A DNA stretch of 64,000 nucleotides from Clostridia bacterium (lineage in GTDB: Bacteria > Bacillota > Clostridia > Oscillospirales > CAG-272). Below are positions 27,094 to 36,928 of the stretch, piece by piece. The stretch spans positions 1,173 through 65,172 of the forward strand of contig CAAGGQ010000110.1 in assembly GCA_900769475.1 (NCBI GenBank), read 5' to 3'. Both the position numbers and the translations under genes were made by a program. A model generated the notes under the pieces. It ran no database searches. It was not told the DNA's origin and saw only the letters and a list, made by a program, of their open reading frames with translations. Each line of letters begins with the position of its first letter. Positions within the stretch are counted from its first letter, which is position 1.

Positions 27094-28017
27094 ATGACCA
27101 AAGTGTTTATCGACGGCAGCGCCGGAACCACCGGCCTGCGCATCAATGAACGGCTGGCAAACCGCCCGGATCTAGAGTTGACCCGCCTTCCCGAAGCCCT
27201 GCGAAAGGATACCGAAGCACGACGCGCGGCCCTCAACGAAGCCGACATTGCTTTCCTGTGCCTTCCCGACGCCGCCGCCATCGAAGCGGTGTCTCTGGTC
27301 ACCAATCCCAACACGGTGATCATCGATACCTCCACGGCGCATCGCACTGCTCCCGGCTGGACCTATGGTTTCCCCGAACTGGAGGGCCAGAGAGAAAAAA
27401 TCCAAGCCTCTCGCCGCATTGCCAACCCCGGCTGTCACGCCAGCGGCTTCATTGCCTTGGTAGCTCCTTTGGTCAGAGCGGGATTGCTTTCCCCGGACAC
27501 CCCTTTGACCGCCTTCTCCCTCACCGGCTACTCGGGCGGCGGCAAGAGCATGATCGCCGAGTACGAGAACGCCGAGCACGATCCCCTTTTGGACGCGCCT
27601 CGGATGTATGGTCTGACCCAAAAGCACAAGCATCTGCCGGAAATGGTAGCCATCTGCGGACTGTCCCAAGCCCCCGTCTTCTGTCCCATCGTAGCTCCCT
27701 ACTACGCGGGGATGGAGGTCACCGTGCCCCTCTTCAAAGAGCAGCTCAAAGGAACCCTTGAGGACGTGAAGAACGCCTACCGGGCGCTGGCCGGCAAGGG
27801 TCTGGTTCGCTTTGCGGAAACGGCCGACGAGAACGGCTTCCTCTCGGGCAACGCTCTGGAGGGACGGGACGATATGCAGATCACGGTGAGCGGAAACGAG
27901 GATCGCATCCTTCTGGTGGCTCGCTTTGATAATCTTGGCAAGGGCGCCTCGGGTGCCGCCATTCAAAACATGAACCTGGTGCTCGGCGTTCCCGAGTCCA
28001 CGGGACTGAACGTATAA
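27094..28017 (+). CDS. argC: N-acetyl-gamma-glutamyl-phosphate reductase (short type)
   Basis: MTKVFIDGSAGTTGLRI N-terminus and active-site NPGCHASG. The start at 27094 is preferred over the ORF-track 27055. Confidence 0.9.
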   Translation: MTKVFIDGSAGTTGLRINERLANRPDLELTRLPEALRKDTEARRAALNEADIAFLCLPDAAAIEAVSLVTNPNTVIIDTSTAHRTAPGWTYGFPELEGQREKIQASRRIANPGCHASGFIALVAPLVRAGLLSPDTPLTAFSLTGYSGGGKSMIAEYENAEHDPLLDAPRMYGLTQKHKHLPEMVAICGLSQAPVFCPIVAPYYAGMEVTVPLFKEQLKGTLEDVKNAYRALAGKGLVRFAETADENGFLSGNALEGRDDMQITVSGNEDRILLVARFDNLGKGASGAAIQNMNLVLGVPESTGLNV

Positions 28018-28042
28018 AAAGCATCGAAAGGATAACACGAAC

Positions 28043-29257
28043 ATGAAACTGATATCTGGCGGCGTTTGCGCCGCAAAGGGCTTTACCGCCAACGGCATTC
28101 ACTGCGGGATCCGCAAAAACAAGACCAAACGGGATCTGGCGCTGATCTACAGTGCCTGCCCCGCCGCCGCGGCCGCCGTTTATACCACCAACCTGGTCAA
28201 AGGTGCTCCTTTGTTGGTCACCAAGGACCATCTTGCCAACGGTCGGGCCCAGGCCGTGATCTGCAACAGTGGAAACGCCAACACCTGCAACGCCAACGGT
28301 ATTGAGATCGCTGAGGAAATGAGCGCTTGCCTGGCCAAAGCCCTGGGCATGAATGCCAACGACGTGGTGGTTGCCTCCACGGGAGTCATCGGTCAACCTC
28401 TGAATATCGAACCCATTGCCGCGGGCATTCCCACGCTGGTAGCCGGTCTTTCCACCGAGGGCGGAGAAGCCGCCGCCGAGGGCATTATGACCACCGATAC
28501 CGTAAAAAAGGAAATAGCAGTGGAATTTGAGATTGGCGGCAAGATCTGCCATCTGGGCGGCATTGCCAAGGGGAGCGGCATGATCCATCCCAACATGGCC
28601 ACCATGCTGGTGTTCATCACCTCCGACGTTGCCATTTCCCCCGCGCTTCTGCAAAAGGCCCTCTCGGGGGACATTGCCAACACCTTTAACATGGTGAGCG
28701 TGGACGGCGATACCTCCACCAACGATATGGTCACCGTTCTTGCCAACGGCATGGCCGGCAATCCCGAGATCAAGGAAGAAAACGAGGATTTTGCCACCTT
28801 TATGAAGGCACTCAACACGGTTACCGTAGCCCTCTGCCGCAAGATCGCTGGAGACGGTGAGGGTGCCACGAAGCTCCTGGAGTGCAATGTCACCGGCGCC
28901 AAGGATATTCCCACCGCCAAGACCGTGGCCAAGAGCGTGATCTGCTCCAGCCTGCTCAAGGCGGCCATGTTCGGCGCCGATGCCAACTGGGGTCGCGTGC
29001 TCTGCGCCATCGGCTATAGCGGTGCCGACGTTGACGTAAACGCCGTGGACGTTGCCTTCCGCAGTACCAAGGGCACCGTAGAGGTATGCAAGAACGGTGC
29101 GGGCGTGGAATTCTCCGAAGAGACGGCCAAGGAGATCCTCCTGGAAAAGGAGATCGAAATTCTGGTGTCCCTTGGCACGGGCGAGGGCACAGCCACCGCC
29201 TGGGGCTGTGATCTGACCTACGATTACGTGAAGATCAACGGCGATTACCGTACGTGA
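28043..29257 (+). CDS. argJ: bifunctional ornithine acetyltransferase / N-acetylglutamate synthase
   Basis: About 400 aa with the autoprocessing-site motif PNMATMLVFITSD. Confidence 0.93.
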   Translation: MKLISGGVCAAKGFTANGIHCGIRKNKTKRDLALIYSACPAAAAAVYTTNLVKGAPLLVTKDHLANGRAQAVICNSGNANTCNANGIEIAEEMSACLAKALGMNANDVVVASTGVIGQPLNIEPIAAGIPTLVAGLSTEGGEAAAEGIMTTDTVKKEIAVEFEIGGKICHLGGIAKGSGMIHPNMATMLVFITSDVAISPALLQKALSGDIANTFNMVSVDGDTSTNDMVTVLANGMAGNPEIKEENEDFATFMKALNTVTVALCRKIAGDGEGATKLLECNVTGAKDIPTAKTVAKSVICSSLLKAAMFGADANWGRVLCAIGYSGADVDVNAVDVAFRSTKGTVEVCKNGAGVEFSEETAKEILLEKEIEILVSLGTGEGTATAWGCDLTYDYVKINGDYRT

Positions 29258-29277
29258 TACGGATTTTTAGATGATAT

Positions 29278-29329
29278 AAACTCCTTAGCCGCTTTTTCTT
29301 TTGACACCATAGGCGCAAAAGAAAAAGCT
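29278..29329. repeat. repeat family C copy 1 (13-bp-stem hairpin GCTTTTTCTTTTG...CAAAAGAAAAAGC)
   Basis: AAACTCCTTAGCCGCTTTTTCTTTTGACACCATAGGCGCAAAAGAAAAAGCT is near-identical to 44019-44071. It sits inside the arg operon between argJ and argB. Confidence 0.65.
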
Positions 29330-29466
29330 ACCAAAAAGAAAACGCCGAGGATATTTCGCCGTCTGCGGACGGCGAGGAGGCTTACGCAGCCTCCACTGCG
29401 CCACCTTTTGAAAAAGGTGGACGAAAACTTTTACAGAAGAACATCATCCATCTGAAAGGATCTATC

Positions 29467-30336
29467 ATGAGCATCGATTTTTCCAACGCACAGCGCGCCG
29501 AGGTACTGACCGAGGCGCTCCCCTACATCAAACGCTACACGGGCAAAACCGTGGTGGTCAAATACGGCGGCAACGCCATGATCAACGAAGAACTCAAAAT
29601 GCAGGTCATGGAGGACATCGTCCTTCTTTGGCTCATCGGTGTGAAGGTCGTGCTGGTGCATGGCGGCGGCCCCGAGATCAGCGATTTGATGAACCGCCTG
29701 GGCAAAAAAGCCGAATTTGTGGACGGACTTCGGGTTACCGATAAGGAAACCGTGGACATCGTTCAAATGGTTCTGGCCGGCAAGGTCAACAAGACCCTGG
29801 TCAACCTTCTGGAAATGAAGGGCGGCAAAGCCATGGGCATCTCGGGCATGGACGGTCGCCTCATCGAATCCAAGGTCAAGGACGAGCGTCTGGGATACGT
29901 GGGGGAGATCACCAAGATCCATATCCAGCCCGTGGTCGACCTTTTGGAAAAGGGCTACATCCCCGTGATCTCCACCGTGGGCTGTGACAAGCAGGGCAAC
30001 ACCTACAACATCAACGGCGACACCGCCGCCGCTCATATTGCCGGGGCACTCAACGCCGCCCGACTGATCATGATGACCGATATTGCCGGCGTTCTGCGGG
30101 ATAAGGATGATCCCTCCTCTCTGATCCCCGAGATCACCGTGGCCGACGCCAAGGAGCTGCAGAACAGCGGCGTCATCTCGGGGGGCATGATCCCCAAAGT
30201 GGAGTGCTGTGTGGAGGCCATTCAAAAAGGAGTGCAAAACGTGATCATTATGGACGGTCGCGTTCCCCACTCGATCCTCATGGAGCTGCTCACCGACGAG
30301 GGTGCCGGCACCATGGTTACCGGAGGCACCAAATGA
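29467..30336 (+). CDS. argB: acetylglutamate kinase
   Basis: VVKYGGNAM and VLVHGGGPEI amino-acid-kinase motifs. 289 aa. Confidence 0.95.
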   Translation: MSIDFSNAQRAEVLTEALPYIKRYTGKTVVVKYGGNAMINEELKMQVMEDIVLLWLIGVKVVLVHGGGPEISDLMNRLGKKAEFVDGLRVTDKETVDIVQMVLAGKVNKTLVNLLEMKGGKAMGISGMDGRLIESKVKDERLGYVGEITKIHIQPVVDLLEKGYIPVISTVGCDKQGNTYNINGDTAAAHIAGALNAARLIMMTDIAGVLRDKDDPSSLIPEITVADAKELQNSGVISGGMIPKVECCVEAIQKGVQNVIIMDGRVPHSILMELLTDEGAGTMVTGGTK

Positions 30337-31511
30337 ATCAACTGCAACAAACCGACAACACCTACGTGGCCCACACCTACGCCCGCTTCCCCGTAGAGAT
30401 TCTTTCGGGCAAGGGCTCCGAGGTCTTTGACGAAACCGGAAAACGCTATATCGACATGGGATCGGGCATAGGAGTGACCGCCTTCGGCATTGCCGATGAC
30501 GAATGGGTCAAGGCGGTTACCGCCCAGCTGAACAAGATTCAGCATATGTCCAATCTTTACTATACCGAGCCCTGCGCCAATCTGGCACAGCTGCTTTGCC
30601 AGCGAACCGGCATGAAGAAGGTCTTCTTTTCCAACTCGGGGGCCGAGGCCAACGAATGTGCCATCAAGGCGGCACGCAAATATGCCGCCGAGAAAAAGGG
30701 GTCCGAATACAACGTGATCGTCACCCTGGAAAATAGCTTCCACGGCAGAACCCTGACCACCCTGGCCGCCACAGGACAGGCAAAGTTCCACGAGCTCTTT
30801 CAGCCTCTGACCCCCGGCTTCCTCTCGGTGCCCGCCAACGATCCGGACGCCATGAAGGAGGTACTCTCCACCCACAAGGTGGCGGGGATCCTGATGGAAT
30901 GTGTGCAAGGCGAGGGGGGCGTCATCGCCCTGGAACCCGATTACGTGCGTGAGGTAGCTCGATTGGCACGGGAGCAGGACGTGCTCCTGATGATCGACGA
31001 GGTACAAACCGGCAACGGCCGCACCGGCGAGCTTTACGCCTTCCAGCACTTTGGCATCACCCCCGACGTGGTGTCCACCGCCAAGGGATTGGGCGGCGGT
31101 CTGCCCCTGGGTGCCACCCTCTTGGGAGAGAAGGTGGAGAACATCTTCGCTCCCGGGGATCACGGCTCCACCTTTGGCGGCAATCCCGTGGCCTGCGCGG
31201 GGGCCGTCAATCTCATTTCGCGCATGGATGATCGGCTGTTGAACGAAGTAAAAGAAAAGAGCAACTATATCTTCAACACGCTGAAGGACTGCAAAGGCAT
31301 TGAGAGCGTGAGCGGTCTGGGACTAATGATCGGCATTCAAACCGCCCGTCCCGCCGCCGACGTGATCCGCGAATGCATGGAGGCAGGAGTCCTCTGTCTG
31401 AGTGCCAAAACCAAGGTGCGTCTGCTTCCCGCCCTAAATATCCCCATGAATACCCTGAAGGAAGCCATTGAAATTATCAAACGCGTTTGCGCCAAGGAGG
31501 CTACCGTATGA
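30333..31511 (+). CDS. argD: acetylornithine aminotransferase
   Basis: ATGA overlap with argB. Class III aminotransferase motifs [18 protein letters not shown] and STAKGLGGG. Confidence 0.92.
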   Translation: MNQLQQTDNTYVAHTYARFPVEILSGKGSEVFDETGKRYIDMGSGIGVTAFGIADDEWVKAVTAQLNKIQHMSNLYYTEPCANLAQLLCQRTGMKKVFFSNSGAEANECAIKAARKYAAEKKGSEYNVIVTLENSFHGRTLTTLAATGQAKFHELFQPLTPGFLSVPANDPDAMKEVLSTHKVAGILMECVQGEGGVIALEPDYVREVARLAREQDVLLMIDEVQTGNGRTGELYAFQHFGITPDVVSTAKGLGGGLPLGATLLGEKVENIFAPGDHGSTFGGNPVACAGAVNLISRMDDRLLNEVKEKSNYIFNTLKDCKGIESVSGLGLMIGIQTARPAADVIRECMEAGVLCLSAKTKVRLLPALNIPMNTLKEAIEIIKRVCAKEATV

Positions 31512-32494
31512 ATCTCAAAGGAAAGCATTTCTTAAAGCTGTTGGATTTTACTCCCGCGGAGATCGAGGGGCTTCTCGATCTGGCCGCAAAGCTGAAAGCC
31601 GAAAAAAAGAAGCGCATCCCCCACAAGCTCTTTTCCGACAAGAGCATTGCTCTGGTATTTGAAAAGACAAGCACCCGCACCCGTTGCGCCTTTGAGGTAG
31701 CGGCGGCAGATCTGGGAATGCACCCCGTCTATCTGGATCCCACGGGCTCCCAGATCGGCAAAAAGGAAAGCATTGCCGACACGGCCCGGGTTCTTGGCAG
31801 AATGTTTGACGGCATCGAATACCGTGGCTTTGGCCAGGAAATCGTGGAGGAGCTGGCCGCTCACGCAGGCGTTCCCGTATGGAATGGTCTGACCAACGAG
31901 TTCCACCCCACCCAGATTCTTGCTGACTTTTTGACCATCCGTGAGATCTTCGGCTCTCTCAAGGGCAAAAAGCTGGTCTACATGGGAGACGCCCGCTACA
32001 ACATGGGCAACTCTCTGATGGTGGGCTGTGCCAAGATGGGCATGCACTTCGTTGCCTGCGCTCCCAAAAAGTACTTCCCCAACCAAGAATTGGTGAACAC
32101 CTGTCAGGCGATCGCGGCAGAAACCGGTGCCACCCTGGAATTCATTGAGGATCCCATGGTTGCCACCAAGGGTGCCCACGTGATCTACACCGACGTTTGG
32201 GTCTCCATGGGCGAGCCCGACAGCGTGTGGCAGGAGCGGATCGAGGAGCTTTCCCCCTACCGCGTGACCATGGAGCTGATGAACAACGCGGGGGACGCGT
32301 GCCGCTTTATGCACTGCCTGCCCGCCTTCCACGATCTGAAAACTACCATTGGTAAGCAGATCTACGAAAAATTCGGAATCACCTGCATGGAGGTGACCGA
32401 CGAGGTCTTTGAAAGCAACCGCTCGGTGGTCTTTGACGAGGCCGAGAACCGTTTGCACACCATCAAGGCCGTCATGGCCGCCACTCTGGTCTGA
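31508..32494 (+). CDS. argF: ornithine carbamoyltransferase
   Basis: ATGA overlap with arg[10 protein letters not shown] carbamoyl-phosphate motif and HCLPAFH. Confidence 0.95.
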   Translation: MNLKGKHFLKLLDFTPAEIEGLLDLAAKLKAEKKKRIPHKLFSDKSIALVFEKTSTRTRCAFEVAAADLGMHPVYLDPTGSQIGKKESIADTARVLGRMFDGIEYRGFGQEIVEELAAHAGVPVWNGLTNEFHPTQILADFLTIREIFGSLKGKKLVYMGDARYNMGNSLMVGCAKMGMHFVACAPKKYFPNQELVNTCQAIAAETGATLEFIEDPMVATKGAHVIYTDVWVSMGEPDSVWQERIEELSPYRVTMELMNNAGDACRFMHCLPAFHDLKTTIGKQIYEKFGITCMEVTDEVFESNRSVVFDEAENRLHTIKAVMAATLV

Positions 32495-32637
32495 TTTTTA
32501 TCCAAACAACCAACGGTTGAGCGTTTTTTCACCAAATGGTTGACCCAAAACAACCGTTGTTCCCTTCCCTTTTGATCCACTGCTTGCTATCATAGTCGTA
32601 CAGGCCTCCTACGGTCTGGGAAAGGATGGTACCAAAA

Positions 32638-33129
32638 ATGAATCAAACTCTTGGAAACCGCATTGCCGAAAAACGCCGTGCCGCAGGACTCAAGCAGGAC
32701 GAGGTGGCGGAGCGCCTGGGAGTATCGCCCCAGGCCGTCTCCAAATGGGAGAACGATATCTCTGCCCCCGACATCTCCCTGCTTCCCCCTCTGGCCGCTC
32801 TCTTGGGCTGCACCGTGGATACTCTGCTCTCGGGAGAAAAGTCTCCCGCGGTCAAGCTGCTCCCCTCCGAGGAGCGCAAATCCTTTGACGAAATGATGCT
32901 CCGCATCCTGGTCAACTCCGCCGATGGAGAAAAGGTGAAGGTCAATCTTCCCCTCTCCTTGGTCAAAATGGGGATCTCTTTGGGCATGACCGCACAGCTG
33001 ACCAACAACAACGCCATGAACAAAATTGACGTGGAGCAGATCCTGGCTCTGGTGGATCAGGGTCTGGTGGGCAAGCTGGTGGAGATCGAGAGCGGAGACG
33101 GCAACACCGTGGAAATCTGGGTGGAATAA
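32638..33129 (+). CDS. XRE-family HTH protein with uncharacterised C-terminal domain
   Basis: LGNRIAEKRRAAGLKQDEVAERLGVSPQAVSKWENDISAPDISLLPPLAALLGCTVDTLL is an HTH_3. The C-terminal domain ends ...KLVEIESGDGNTVEIWVE. An alternative start exists at 32626. Confidence 0.8.
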   Translation: MNQTLGNRIAEKRRAAGLKQDEVAERLGVSPQAVSKWENDISAPDISLLPPLAALLGCTVDTLLSGEKSPAVKLLPSEERKSFDEMMLRILVNSADGEKVKVNLPLSLVKMGISLGMTAQLTNNNAMNKIDVEQILALVDQGLVGKLVEIESGDGNTVEIWVE

Positions 33130-33407
33130 TGCAGATCCGCGTCGATCGTCCCCAACACAGAAGGATCCGTATTCTTCTTCCCAACGGGCTTTTGATGAAC
33201 CGCCTGACCGCGTTCCTGATCGCTCAGGCGCAAAAGAAATCGGCCAAGGAAGCAAAAGGCTCCTCGGAGGAGCCCGTCCTCACCGCGCGTCAGCTGTATG
33301 CCCTCTTTCGGGAGATCAAGCGGCTCAAAAAGGCTCTTCCCACCCCCGAATGGAATTTGGTCGAGGTCGAAGGTGCCGACGGCGAGACCGTGATCCTTCG
33401 CTTTTGA
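33129..33407 (+). CDS. hypothetical small protein resembling the C-terminal domain of the preceding HTH protein
   Basis: TAATG stop/start overlap. It shares RIRILLPNG... and ...NLVEVEGADGETVILRF with the upstream protein's LRILVNSADG... and ...KLVEIESGDGNTVEIWVE. Confidence 0.55.
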   Translation: MQIRVDRPQHRRIRILLPNGLLMNRLTAFLIAQAQKKSAKEAKGSSEEPVLTARQLYALFREIKRLKKALPTPEWNLVEVEGADGETVILRF

Positions 33408-33499
33408 TCCCCACCGCCACCAACCAAGAATTACCGATGCTCCCGCGCCATGGCGCGTTCCCTGTTGTTTCACTGGATAAACCTTAGGCAAGATCGGTG

Positions 33500-33539
33500 A
33501 GGGTTGTTGCAAATTTTGCAACAGCCCTACCGCTTTTTT
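33500..33539 (+). terminator. rho-independent terminator
   Basis: AGGGTTGTTGCAAA-TTTTGCAACAGCCCT followed by ACCGCTTTTTT. Confidence 0.8.
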
Positions 33540-33550
33540 ATCAAAAGCTA

Positions 33551-33579
33551 TTGACTTTTACACTTTAATGTGCTAAAAT
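33551..33579 (+). promoter_or_regulatory. his operon promoter (TTGACT-17-TGcTAAAAT)
   Basis: TTGACT at 33551-33556 and TAAAAT at 33574-33579 with an upstream TG. The spacer carries the imperfect inverted repeat TTTTACAC..GTGCTAAAA. Confidence 0.6.
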
Positions 33580-33610
33580 GGTAAACAATTAAAATAAAGG
33601 CGGTAAAACC

Positions 33611-33916
33611 ATGGTAAAAAGACCCATCGACGAGGCTGAGCCCTTGTTTCAAGCCATTCTCAAGCTAAACGATATTGAGGAGTGCAAGGCCTTCTTTGAC
33701 GACCTTTGCACCATCAAAGAAATTCAAGATCTTTCTCAGCGCTACGACGTGGCCTGTATGCTGGATGAAGGAAAGAACTATCAAGAGATCTCCCGCTCCA
33801 CGGGAGCCAGCACGGCCACCATTTGCAGAGTGAACAAATGCCTCAACTACGGCAGTCGGGGATACCGCATGATCCTGGACCGCCTCAAGGAAGGCGAGGA
33901 GAGCAACGATGATTGA
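33611..33916 (+). CDS. YerC/YecD-family TrpR-like DNA-binding protein
   Basis: FFDDLCTIKEIQDLSQRYDVACMLDEGKNYQEISRSTGASTATICRVNKCLNYG is the TrpR-related YerC fold. Its stop overlaps the hisZ start. Confidence 0.8.
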   Translation: MVKRPIDEAEPLFQAILKLNDIEECKAFFDDLCTIKEIQDLSQRYDVACMLDEGKNYQEISRSTGASTATICRVNKCLNYGSRGYRMILDRLKEGEESNDD

Positions 33917-35021
33917 AAAGAATCTGTTAAAGAATGAAGAAAGCGCCATTTTTGCATTGCGCAGGCTGTACCAATCCTTTGGCTACCAGCAATTCAAAAT
34001 GAGTAAATTTGAAGAATACGACCTCTACCTTCGCAACAAGGATTTTCTGGTTTCGGATCACGTGATCACCTTTACCGATACCAACGGTCGCCTCATGGCC
34101 CTCAAACCCGACGTGACCCTTTCCATCGTAAAGAACAGCAAGGATACCCCCGGTTGCGTTCAAAAGGTCTACTATAACGAAAACGTCTACCGCGTGTCGG
34201 AAAGCAGTCATTCCTACAAGGAGATCATGCAGGTGGGACTGGAATGTCTTGGCGATGTGGATGACTACGCCATTGCCGAGGTGGTGACCCTGGCCGCTCG
34301 CAGCTTGCTGGAGGTAAGCACCGAATCGATCCTGGACGTTTCGGACTTGGGGCTTCTTTCCGCCGCCATTGAGGAAACCGGGATCACCGGGGACGCCCGC
34401 AAGGCCCTGCTGCGTTGCGTGGGCGAAAAGAACCTCCACGGCATGACCGATATTTGCACCGCGGCCGGCGTGGAGCCCGCCAAAATCCTTCCCCTCAAGG
34501 CCCTGATGTCGGCCTACGGAACCCCTTCTCGGGTGCTTGCTACCCTGAAGGAGCAGCTTCCCGGTGCCCATTGGCAAACCAAGCTGGCTCGCCTGGAGCG
34601 GATCCTGGCCGTGGCCACCGTACCCAACCTGCGCCTGGATTTCTCGGTGGTGGGCGACATGAACTACTACAACGGCATCGTCTTTAAGGGCTTTGTCAGC
34701 GGCATTCCCCAAAGCGTCCTCTCGGGCGGACAGTACGATCTGCTCCTGCAAAAATCGGGACGGAGCGCGGGAGCCATCGGCTTTGCCCTCTACATGGATC
34801 TTTTGGAGGACTGGCTCACCCCCCGGGTGACCTACGACGTGGACGTGGTCCTGCTCTACGATCCCGCAACCGATCTGCAGCGTCTGTCCGCGGTAGTGAA
34901 CGAGCTGACCGCCCAAGGCCTCAGCGTGACCGCCCAGCGATCGGTGCCCGAAAAGATGAAATATCGTCAGCTCATGCAGCTGACCGGAAGCGAGGTGAAG
35001 ATCCTTGAAGCCCATGCTTAA
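33909..35021 (+). CDS. hisZ: ATP phosphoribosyltransferase regulatory subunit
   Basis: HisRS-like catalytic-core paralog of about 370 aa, immediately upstream of and overlapping a short-form hisG. Confidence 0.85.
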   Translation: MIEKNLLKNEESAIFALRRLYQSFGYQQFKMSKFEEYDLYLRNKDFLVSDHVITFTDTNGRLMALKPDVTLSIVKNSKDTPGCVQKVYYNENVYRVSESSHSYKEIMQVGLECLGDVDDYAIAEVVTLAARSLLEVSTESILDVSDLGLLSAAIEETGITGDARKALLRCVGEKNLHGMTDICTAAGVEPAKILPLKALMSAYGTPSRVLATLKEQLPGAHWQTKLARLERILAVATVPNLRLDFSVVGDMNYYNGIVFKGFVSGIPQSVLSGGQYDLLLQKSGRSAGAIGFALYMDLLEDWLTPRVTYDVDVVLLYDPATDLQRLSAVVNELTAQGLSVTAQRSVPEKMKYRQLMQLTGSEVKILEAHA

Positions 35022-35640
35022 TATCGCCCTGCCCAAGGGACGTCTTGGGGAAAAGGTCTACGCCATGTTTGAAAAGGCCGGCTTTGCCTGCCCTGCCATC
35101 AAGGAAAACACCCGCAAGCTGATTTTTGAAAACGAGGAATGTGGTGTGCGCTACTTTTGGGCCAAGCCCTCGGACGTAGCCATCTACGTTGCGCGCGGAG
35201 CCGCCGACATCGGTGTGGCCGGCAAGGACATCCTCCTGGAATACAAGCCCGACATCTACGAGCTCCTGGATCTGAAGACCGGCAACTGCCGCATGGCCGT
35301 AGCCGCCCCCAAGGGCTTCCGCGACGATCCCCGCCGCACCCTAAAGGTTGCCACCAAATTTTCCAACATTGCCGGCGCCTATTACGCCTCCCTGGGGCGC
35401 GAGATCGACATTATTCATCTCAACGGCTCCATTGAGCTGGCACCTATTCTCGGGCTTTCCGACGTGATCGTGGACATTGTAGAGACCGGCACCACCCTGA
35501 AGGAGAACGATCTGGAGGTCTTTGAAACCATCGTCCCCATCAGCGCCCGTCTGATTGCCAACAAGGCAAGCTTTAAATTCAAGAGCGAGCAGATCGAACG
35601 GCTGGTTCAGAGCATCGCCGAACAGTTACAGGAGGGATAA
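35014..35640 (+). CDS. hisG: ATP phosphoribosyltransferase (short form)
   Basis: MLNIALPKGRLGEKVY N-terminus, about 208 aa. ATG at 35014 overlaps the hisZ stop. A TTG start at 35005 is the alternative. Confidence 0.92.
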   Translation: MLNIALPKGRLGEKVYAMFEKAGFACPAIKENTRKLIFENEECGVRYFWAKPSDVAIYVARGAADIGVAGKDILLEYKPDIYELLDLKTGNCRMAVAAPKGFRDDPRRTLKVATKFSNIAGAYYASLGREIDIIHLNGSIELAPILGLSDVIVDIVETGTTLKENDLEVFETIVPISARLIANKASFKFKSEQIERLVQSIAEQLQEG

Positions 35641-35644
35641 TCCC

Positions 35645-36928
35645 ATGATTCAGATTTTAACCTACGGCTCCGTGCCCAACAGCCAAATCTTTGCCCGCAC
35701 CGAGCCCAAGATCAACGTGGAGCAAACGGTAGCCGATATTCTCGCCGCCGTCCGCGAACGCGGCGACGCCGCTCTTTATGAATTCTGTGAGAAATTCGAC
35801 CACGCCAAGCTCTCCTCCCTGGCGGTGACCCCCGAGGAGATCGACGAGGCCGTGGCGGCGGTGGAGCCCCGCTTCCTGGAGGTTTTGGAAAAGGCCGCCA
35901 AGAATATTCGCGCCTTCCACGAAAAGCAGGTGCGCAACAGCTTTATCATCAATAACGAAAACGGCATCGTAGTAGGACAAAAGATCATTCCCGTGGATCG
36001 CGCCGGCCTTTACGTGCCCGGCGGCACGGCGGCCTATCCCTCCACCGTGCTCATGGATGCCATTCCCGCCAAGATCGCAGGCTGCCGCGAGGTGGTCATG
36101 GTCTCGCCTCCCAACAAGGAGGGCAAGATCAATCCCGTGATCCTGGCCGCCGCCAAGATCGCCGGCATCGACCGCATCTTCAAAGTGGGCGGTGCCCAGG
36201 CCGTGGCCGCATTGGCCTTTGGAACCGAGAGCATCCCCAAGGTGGATAAGATCGTGGGCCCCGGCAACGCCTTTGTGGCCGAAGCCAAAAAGCAGGTCTT
36301 TGGCATGGTATCCATTGATATGATCGCCGGCCCCAGCGAGATCCTGGTGGTGGCCGACGGAACGTCCAATCCCCGCCACGTGGCGGCCGATCTCCTCTCC
36401 CAGGCCGAGCACGATAAGATGGCCAGCGCGGTGCTGGTGACCGATTCCCAAGACCTGGCTCTGGCAGTACAGGCCGAGCTGGAGCGGCAGATCCCCCTGT
36501 TGGAGCGTGCCGAGATCGCTCGTGCCTCCATTGACGACAACGGCAAGATCATCGTGGCTCCCACTCTGAACGTGGCCATCGACATTGCCAACGAGCTGGC
36601 CCCCGAGCACCTGGAACTTTGCGTAGACAATCCCTTTGATTATCTGGATAGCATCCGTCACGCGGGATCCATCTTTATGGGGCGCAACTGTCCCGAGGCG
36701 CTGGGCGACTATTTTGCAGGTCCCAATCACACGCTACCTACCAGCGGCACCGCAAAATTCTCCAGTCCCCTCTCGGTGGACGACTTTATTAAAAAGACCC
36801 AATACACCTATTACACCAAGGACGCCCTGGAGCGCGTAGCCCGCGACGTGGCCTTCTTTGCCTCCCAGGAGGGCCTGACCGCCCATGCCAAGAGTGCCAC
36901 GGTGCGCCTGGAGGACGAGGAACCATGA
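35645..36928 (+). CDS. hisD: histidinol dehydrogenase
   Basis: Motifs VPGGTAAYPSTVLM, IAGPSEILV and QAEHD. The start at 35645 (MIQIL) is preferred over the ORF-track 35555. Confidence 0.95.
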   Translation: MIQILTYGSVPNSQIFARTEPKINVEQTVADILAAVRERGDAALYEFCEKFDHAKLSSLAVTPEEIDEAVAAVEPRFLEVLEKAAKNIRAFHEKQVRNSFIINNENGIVVGQKIIPVDRAGLYVPGGTAAYPSTVLMDAIPAKIAGCREVVMVSPPNKEGKINPVILAAAKIAGIDRIFKVGGAQAVAALAFGTESIPKVDKIVGPGNAFVAEAKKQVFGMVSIDMIAGPSEILVVADGTSNPRHVAADLLSQAEHDKMASAVLVTDSQDLALAVQAELERQIPLLERAEIARASIDDNGKIIVAPTLNVAIDIANELAPEHLELCVDNPFDYLDSIRHAGSIFMGRNCPEALGDYFAGPNHTLPTSGTAKFSSPLSVDDFIKKTQYTYYTKDALERVARDVAFFASQEGLTAHAKSATVRLEDEEP

